Below are positions 57,397-64,000 of a DNA stretch of 64,000 bases, one piece after another. Under the pieces are notes generated by a model that saw nothing but the letters and a program-made list of their open reading frames with translations, did no database searches and was not told the DNA's origin. The stretch's first letter is position 1. Each line of letters starts with the position of its first letter. Source of the stretch: an uncultured delta proteobacterium (GTDB lineage: Bacteria; Desulfobacterota; Desulfomonilia; Desulfomonilales; Desulfomonilaceae); the NCBI GenBank assembly GCA_963760985.1, contig CAVXFM010000010.1:388430-452429 (forward strand), in the 5' to 3' direction. The position numbers were made by a program, and so were the translations under genes.

Positions 57397-60269
57397 CCCA
57401 TTTGGCGAAGATATTCCACCATGCGCTGTGCAAGACCCTGCACGCCGGTCGGTTTGGGAGAAAGCGGGTTGGTCCGGCCACCATCCCGACTACTCGCGTT
57501 GCGCGGCATTTCAGCGGTCAAACCATCCCAATCTCTCCGTAAGGTCATGACACCTTTTTCATCCATCGCGTAGTGTCCGACCCCCAAATCTTGCCCACTC
57601 GGCGAGAGAATCCGTACGGTCCCAGATGGTGAGCCATGGCTAAGGTTCATTGCGACCATTGCCATGCCTCTCAAGGGATCTCCCGGACCGGACGCCAACA
57701 CGAAACTCGCATCGATAGGGCACACCGGCTTAGTCTCCGGGGCGATCATGCGATCAGGGTCCTCTTCCAGGAGCCGCCCCAGGTTTCGGTTGCCTGATCT
57801 ACGCATGCCCCCGGCAAACACGATTCCTTCCGGAGGCCGATACCCGGTACAAGGTTCGTGTGCAAGCGCAGCTTTCATAAAATCCATCCATACCGGGAGG
57901 GCAGCCCTTGCGCCGTGTTCCTGCCTGCCAAGCGAAGTCTTGGTGTCGTACCCCACCCACACTCCTGTAGTGTATTTGGGATTGAATCCGACAAACCAGG
58001 CATCCGCGCTGTCATCGGACGTACCGGTCTTACCCGCAAGGTCTGTCCGCCTGAGACGAGTGACTGCTGCAGCGGTGCCGCTTACACAGGTCTTGCGCAA
58101 CATACTGAGCATCAGGTACGCGGTGGAAGGGCTCAAGGCTCGGTACGGACGAGGTCGCGTGTGCGTCTGTGGCGTGAAAGGACGACCTGATAAGAGAGCC
58201 TCTACAGGAGGGCTCAGAGGAGGGGCTTGCTCCAACGGTTGCTCTTCCTGCGACTCTCCGTGGCCCTGGTCCGCGTATGCGTCTGTAGGGTCATCGAATG
58301 ACGATGGTGACGAAGCCTCTCCGCGGAGTGCGTCTCGATCCGTGTACGAGGCTTGCACTGCCTGGACAGACAGATCCACCGGCAGGGCGGTGTTGTCTTC
58401 CAATACGTTGCCGAATCGATCCTTCACTTTCTTGATGAGGACCGGTTCCCACGCGAATTCCCATGTTGGGAAACACCGTGTATGCGGCGGTCAGGTCAAG
58501 AGGAGTTACTTCCGAGGTTCCCAAACAAAGAGAAAGGTTCTTCTTCAAACGCGTGCGTATGCCCATTCTGCGAGCCATACGGATAGCCGGCTCCACGCCT
58601 ATGTCCATGAGTAGCTTGATTGCCACCACGTTGCGCGATTGCGCGAGAGCGTCGCGAAGCGTCATCAGCCCCCGATATTGTCCGTCCGCGTTTCCCGGAA
58701 CCCATTCGCCTTTACGGGGATCGGTGACCACTGCAATGGGTTCGTCGAGGATCAGCGTGTTGGGGCTGTAATCGCCCCATTCGAGGGCAGCTGCGTAGAG
58801 CAAAGGCTTGAACGCGCTGCCCGGTTGCCGGAATGCCTGAACAGCTCTATTGAACCGCGAGAGTTCAAAGTTCACCCCACCGACAAGCGCCCTTACGTAC
58901 CCCGTCTGGTTTTCGATGCACACTACTGCCCCCTGCACCGGAGGGGCTGTGAGATGTTCCAGCACGGGGAGCCCGTCTTCGAGGTCCTTGACGCGGAATT
59001 CCAGCAACTGGTTGGGCCGATAGGGCACATCCGACCGAAGCTTCATCCTGAACTGCACATTGCCGGCCAGCGCCACAGGTACAGTCGCGAGATGAGGTGT
59101 CGGTACGTGTGCCTTTCTGCTTGGGTGGGGCATGCGTGGCGACCACCAGCGCGCGCGTACCACATCGCCGACGTGGTACGATCCTCTTGGCGAGCTGTGG
59201 AGAAACTCTTTGGCCTCCGAAGTCTTCAGCCTTCGCACCAGCCCCGCGGGACGATGTTCCCGTTTCTCCCACGCGGTGACGCCCTTGACCAGGGCTTCCG
59301 ATGCCTTGTCCTGCAAGGAGAGGTCACACGTGGTCCACACTTGGAGGCCTTCGTTATACAGCCTGTTTTCGCCGTACTTCCGCACAATATACCGTCGGAC
59401 GGCTTCAGTGAAGTAAGGGACCCTGTCATAAGGGTTGGGTTGGCTTTCTCTGAACTTAGGAGACTCATGCGACGCAGTGCGGAATTCGTCCTCAGATACG
59501 AATCCATAGCGGACCATGTTGTCCAGTACCATACTCTCTCCGCTTGAGGCACGCGTCCAAATTGCGCAGGTGGGAATATTTCGAAGGATTGGACACAAAG
59601 CCGGCGAGCATAGCCGCTTCCGCAACACTCAGGTCTCGCGCATTCTTTCCGAAATAGGTTCGAGCCGCTGACTCTATTCCATAACACCCTTTTCCGAGGT
59701 AGATTTCATTCAAATAGATCTCGAGAATTTGTTCCTTGCTCAAAGTCTTTTCCAGCCTGAAGCTAAGGATTGCCTCTCGGATCTTTCTCGATAGGCGTTT
59801 TTCTCGGGACAGGATGAAGTTCCGCGTGACTTGCTGGGTGATGGTACATGCCGCCTTGCGCAAAATTCCCTGCTTTCAGATTCTTGAGCGCTGCTCTGGC
59901 GACTCCCAGCACATCCACTCCTGTGTGGGAAAAGAACCGTGCGTCTTCTGCCGCGAGAAAGGCGCCGACCACGTGCTTCGGAAGGGAATCCAAGGGCACG
60001 GGAAATCTCTTTTGCGTGTAGAAAACCCCTATGGCCGTGCCATCGTTCGCGTAGAATGTCGAGACCGTCTTGGGTTTGTAATTCCTGAGGTCCGGGACTT
60101 TCGGCAGGCCCTCGGAAAAGTGTACGTACGCCCCTAATCCTCCGCCGAGCACTCCACAACACAGGGCGACGGCAGAGAGAATGGGAATCCCCGCAAGAAA
60201 CCATCCCAGCATCCGCGCAATCGGAAAACTTTTCCCCCTGCGGCGTGTGAACAAACGCAAGTTCCACAC
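57384..60269 (-). CDS. mrcA: bifunctional penicillin-binding protein 1A (GT51 transglycosylase plus transpeptidase); at least 3 apparent frameshifts
   Basis: Four overlapping ORFs carry successive PBP1A segments. ORF 59763..60269 has a TM anchor and the GT51 start (EDARFFSHTGVD). ORF 59492..59863 has the GT51 core (GGSTITQQVTRN...RKIREA). ORF 58291..59628 has the linker plus the transpeptidase SxxK/SxN region. ORF 57384..58427 has KTGTSDD and the C-terminal tail. Confidence 0.7.
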
Positions 60270-60612
60270 CCTCCCTTACGGCAGTATGTCGAAAAGTGCG
60301 GTTCCGCGCGAGAGACTGCCCTCTGAACGCTTTCCGCCTTTCTCTTGCCGCCACCTGGTGCGTCGGATGTTCACAGACCCTCGCGAGTCGGAGCGACGTA
60401 CCTGGAACCGAATGGAGAGGCCCTTTGCCGGAAATGAGGACCGGCTTCAGACGTCCCGTACCGTGTGTTCCATCTCTCTCACCATGTAATCGAGTGTACG
60501 CCAGTAGGGTCGTTTCGTCAAGGATTCGAGCTTGGGGTGCTCTTTCCGGTCTTGACGAATCCCTCTGGTTGAATTAAGCTCGACACATCCATGGGGTATC
60601 CAGGAGAAAACT

Positions 60613-61095
60613 GTGCGGATAGGCCACGGATTTGACGCTCATAAGTTGGTTGAGGGGCGGAGACTGATCCTGGGTGGAGAAGCGTTTGACTACCCATTAG
60701 GGCTGGAAGGACACTCCGATGCGGATGTGGTCACCCATGCACTTGTGGATGCGCTCCTCGGGGCCGCAGGCTTGGGTGACATTGGCATGCACTTCCCGGA
60801 TACGGATCCTGCGTACCGTGATGCACAAAGCCTCGAAATGTTGCGAACTATCACACTTGCGATCGAAGCGCTGGGCTTTGCCATCGCAAATGTTGACGTT
60901 ACCGTGTATGCAGAAAAACCCAAGATAGGGCCTCGTCGTCCGGCCATGGTGGGCAATTTGGCCGAAGCCATGGGCATAGACCCCTATCTGGTCAACGTCA
61001 AGGCGACAACCACCGAGGGCATGGGATTCCTCGGACGAGGTGAGGGAATAGCGGCTTCTGCCGTGGTGCTACTCGAAACCGCTCACTCCGGCTGA
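60613..61095 (+). CDS. ispF: 2-C-methyl-D-erythritol 2,4-cyclodiphosphate synthase
   Basis: MRIGHGFDAHKL...GHSDADVVTHALVDALLGAAGLGDIGMHFPDTDP. 160 aa. Confidence 0.9.
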   Translation: MRIGHGFDAHKLVEGRRLILGGEAFDYPLGLEGHSDADVVTHALVDALLGAAGLGDIGMHFPDTDPAYRDAQSLEMLRTITLAIEALGFAIANVDVTVYAEKPKIGPRRPAMVGNLAEAMGIDPYLVNVKATTTEGMGFLGRGEGIAASAVVLLETAHSG

Positions 61096-61368
61096 TGAGC
61101 CGTCCGGAAAATGCTGAGATTTCATTGTGACGTAGGCCTTTCCCCGCGCTGCGCGGTGATGTATGTACATTCGATGTCTTTGAATCTCCTCCGCGCTTGT
61201 GAATGCCTGATGCGAATCCCCCTCAAGCAGGCGACATGGCTTCTCTCCGGCGGGTAAGAGGGAGTAGTCCGTGCCCCTTGTACCAATGATAAAGAGTCTG
61301 CAAAAGATAAGGCTTTCCGGGCAGGCCTACGGCTGTGCCCGGGAGCGTTGCTTTCACAGGAGATACTG

Positions 61369-62835
61369 ATGGCGTTGCGCATTTACAGCACCCTGACGCG
61401 TGATAAGCAGGAATTTCAGCCGGTTCATTCGGGCAAGGTCGGCATGTACGTCTGCGGGATGACCGTGTACGACATGTGTCACATCGGGCACGCGCGGTCG
61501 GTGGTACTCTTTGATGTCATTTACCGGTACCTCGTGCATCGCGGGTACGAGGTCACGTATGTGCGGAATTTCACCGACGTAGACGACAAGATCATCAATC
61601 GGGCCAATGAAGTAGGAGAAGATTGGAAAAGCCTTGCCGAAAGGTTCATCCGCGAATTCTACGTGGACATGGATGGCCTGGGCGTGCTGCGTCCCACCTT
61701 TGAACCCAAGGCCACGGAGCATATTCCGCAGATACAGTCGCTCATTGCGGACCTGATTGCCAAGGGGTTCGCGTATGAGGTACACGGAGATGTCATGTAT
61801 GCGGTGAACAATTTCCGGGACTATGGCAAGCTTTCCGGAAAGAAAACCGACGAACTCATCTCCGGGGCCCGCGTGGAGGTGGACGAGAAGAAACGTAATC
61901 CTCTCGATTTCGCGTTGTGGAAGAGCGCCAAACCCGGCGAACCTTCCTGGGAGAGCCCATGGGGCTTGGGCCGACCGGGGTGGCACATCGAATGCTCGGC
62001 CATGAGCATGCACTATCTTGGCAACGAGTTCGACATCCATGGTGGCGGAGCAGACCTCACCTTCCCTCACCACGAGAACGAAATCGCCCAGTCTGAGGCA
62101 TCCACGGGGAAGCAGTTTGCGAAATACTGGATTCACAACGGGTTCGTCAACATTCGGTCTGAAAAGATGTCCAAGTCCCTGGGAAACGTCTTGAATATCA
62201 GAGAGATCCGAGAGCGAGTCCATCCGGAGGCTCTGAGATTGTTTCTCCTCTCAAGCCATTACCGGAGTCCTCTTGATTACACCGAAACCTCCATAAGAGA
62301 GGCCTCGGTGAGTCTGGAGCGTCTGTACGCGGCCATGGCAGCGCTTGATGGTCTGCTGGATGCAGACGGCAAGGCCAAGGACGTCCCGGAAGAACTCACA
62401 GACATCAAGACTCGTTTCATCAGTGCGATGGACGATGATTTCAACACGCCCAAGTCTCTGGCGATCCTGTTTGAGGCAGCTCGGGCTATCAACAGGATGG
62501 CAGTTCCTGGAGGAGCGCCGAAAAAGTCGATAGCCTCGCGGGAATTGCTGGAAGGCGTGAGAGCTGAAATTTCCGAGGTTGCCAAAGGTGTCCTGGGGCT
62601 GTTGACGGAGGAGCCCCTCGCGTTTCTCGATGCGGTCCGGACGGTTCGGGCCCGAGAACTGGGGATCACTTCGGACGAAATCCAAGCCATGATCGATGCG
62701 AGAACACAGGCTCGCAAGAACAAAGACTTCGCGCTCGCGGACAAAATTCGTAACGATCTGACCAGCAAAGGAATCCTTCTGGAAGACGGCCCGAAAGGTA
62801 CCACCTGGCGAGTGAAGGAATCGCAGACGGACTAA
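61369..62835 (+). CDS. cysS: cysteine--tRNA ligase
   Basis: AGGAG 7 nt upstream of the ATG. Class I HIGH (CHIGHARS) and KMSKS (KMSKSLGN) motifs. Zn-binding Cys. Confidence 0.9.
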   Translation: MALRIYSTLTRDKQEFQPVHSGKVGMYVCGMTVYDMCHIGHARSVVLFDVIYRYLVHRGYEVTYVRNFTDVDDKIINRANEVGEDWKSLAERFIREFYVDMDGLGVLRPTFEPKATEHIPQIQSLIADLIAKGFAYEVHGDVMYAVNNFRDYGKLSGKKTDELISGARVEVDEKKRNPLDFALWKSAKPGEPSWESPWGLGRPGWHIECSAMSMHYLGNEFDIHGGGADLTFPHHENEIAQSEASTGKQFAKYWIHNGFVNIRSEKMSKSLGNVLNIREIRERVHPEALRLFLLSSHYRSPLDYTETSIREASVSLERLYAAMAALDGLLDADGKAKDVPEELTDIKTRFISAMDDDFNTPKSLAILFEAARAINRMAVPGGAPKKSIASRELLEGVRAEISEVAKGVLGLLTEEPLAFLDAVRTVRARELGITSDEIQAMIDARTQARKNKDFALADKIRNDLTSKGILLEDGPKGTTWRVKESQTD

Positions 62836-63099
62836 TACCGATTCGTTTGTGGATGTGTCATCTGGCGCAGGCTGCAGACTGGGGATCTTGTTCGGTACGG
62901 AGGACGAAAATACGCCTCATTGCTTCGCTCATGAGACCCTCAGCCCTGAGGTCTCACTCGTGAAAACGCGAGGCGGTACAAGCGTTGGTTTTCCTCAATA
63001 CGGTAAGAGACTTGGAGGATGGCTCTGGGCCAAGGCCATCCCTGAGAGCGTTCGGCGCCTACCGGTACACAAACCTGGGAGCAAGAGAGTAAGACCCCT

Positions 63100-63960
63100 T
63101 TGGAGATCTGCGCAGAAAATCTTGGTCATACGTTTAATGCGGGCACTCCCCTCGAGACCAAAGCCCTGGAAAAGGTCAGCTTCACATTGCCCCAAGGGAG
63201 CGCTCTGGGGGTCCTTGGGGGCACGGGTTCCGGAAAGACCACGCTCATCAAGCACCTCAACGGCCTGCTCGATCCCACTGAGGGCAAGCTGTTGGTGGAC
63301 GGTGAAGACATCCGTTCGTACCGGGGGAACCTCGGACATGCAGTGGGTGTCGTGCTACAGAGGCCCGAGCGACAGCTCTTTGAAGAGACCGTCCTGGCTG
63401 ACATCTCATTCGTATTGCGGCGGTTCAGTATGCTCCCGGAGAGTGATATACTGGCCAAGGTAACAGAGTCCTGCGAGATGCTGAGCCTTGATATCAGCGA
63501 GATCGGGCAGCGATCGCCTTTCGCCTTGTCAGACGGAGAGAAGCGAAAAGTGGCCATTGCAGGTATCCTGGTGAACGAACCGGAAATCCTGGTGCTTGAC
63601 GAACCCGCGGTAGGACTGGATCCGCCATCTGTGGAAGACTTGGTACACGCACTGGACACCCTCAAGAACGTCCGTGGTCGCAGCCTCGTGGTCGTTTCCC
63701 ACGACATGGAGCCGTTCTTGCCTCTGCTCGATCGTCTGCTTGTCCTCAAAGGGGGACACTGTGCCGCATTCGGATCTCCTGCCGAGGTGTGCTCCATCCT
63801 GGGAGATGATCCGGTCATGCGAGATTTCCTTCCGGGCCTTGCCCTGTTTGTACACGACCTGCGGCAGCAAGGAATCGCATTACCACCAAACGAATTCAGG
63901 ATCCGGGCGATCATAGACCATCTGGCCGGAATCGCCTTGCCCGAGGAGGGCTGTTCGTGA
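63100..63960 (+). CDS. ABC transporter ATP-binding protein, ECF-transporter EcfA/CbiO-like
   Basis: Walker A GGTGSGKTTL, signature LSDGEKRKVAIAGIL, Walker B ILVLDEP, and a C-terminal EcfA-type extension. TTG start is inferred and the 5-prime end is uncertain. Confidence 0.65.
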   Translation: MEICAENLGHTFNAGTPLETKALEKVSFTLPQGSALGVLGGTGSGKTTLIKHLNGLLDPTEGKLLVDGEDIRSYRGNLGHAVGVVLQRPERQLFEETVLADISFVLRRFSMLPESDILAKVTESCEMLSLDISEIGQRSPFALSDGEKRKVAIAGILVNEPEILVLDEPAVGLDPPSVEDLVHALDTLKNVRGRSLVVVSHDMEPFLPLLDRLLVLKGGHCAAFGSPAEVCSILGDDPVMRDFLPGLALFVHDLRQQGIALPPNEFRIRAIIDHLAGIALPEEGCS

Positions 63961-64000
63961 AAAAACTCTGGAGAGCGGCAGTGTGTCTCGTGATATTGGG

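Overview
GC-rich chromosomal window that looks deltaproteobacterial (Geobacter/Syntrophus/Desulfo-like signalling and anaerobic-aromatic content; this is inference, no search was possible). It holds about 45 genes.

Main contents:
- A very dense set of two-component signalling genes: at least 8 sensor or hybrid histidine kinases, at least 6 receiver proteins, and one sigma-54 activator.
- A contiguous c-di-GMP module on the minus strand (15433-22471): hybrid kinase with Hpt, a REC-GGDEF cyclase, a PilZ-like receptor candidate, a CheY, and a REC-HD-GYP phosphodiesterase.
- A modBC molybdate importer (26322-28118) bracketed by two copies of a palindromic repeat.
- An NfeD/flotillin pair (30620-32759).
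- A putative anaerobic phenol-type activation and carboxylation cluster (45791-56000): LysR regulator, ubiX, ppsA-like, ppsB-like, UbiD-family carboxylase, AMP-forming CoA ligase, a UPF0261 protein, and a CBS-pair protein.
- Housekeeping genes at the right end: degP, PBP1A, ispF, cysS, and an ECF-type ABC ATPase.

Things not explained by ordinary annotation:
- A roughly 100-nt intergenic repeat family with three copies.
- A repeat flanking modBC, one copy split by a hairpin-bearing insert.
- A shared N-terminal QSLKYAED module in two regulators and a small standalone ORF.
- A roughly 35-aa motif shared by the PilZ-like protein and a zinc-ribbon protein.
- Poly-G tracts in promoters.
- A strong sigma-54 promoter.

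About 20 genes are broken by single-base frameshifts where homology continues in another frame. That is roughly one frameshift per 3 kb. It most likely reflects uncorrected indel errors, but pseudogenisation cannot be excluded from sequence alone. No CRISPR array, rRNA, tRNA or obvious mobile element was seen.
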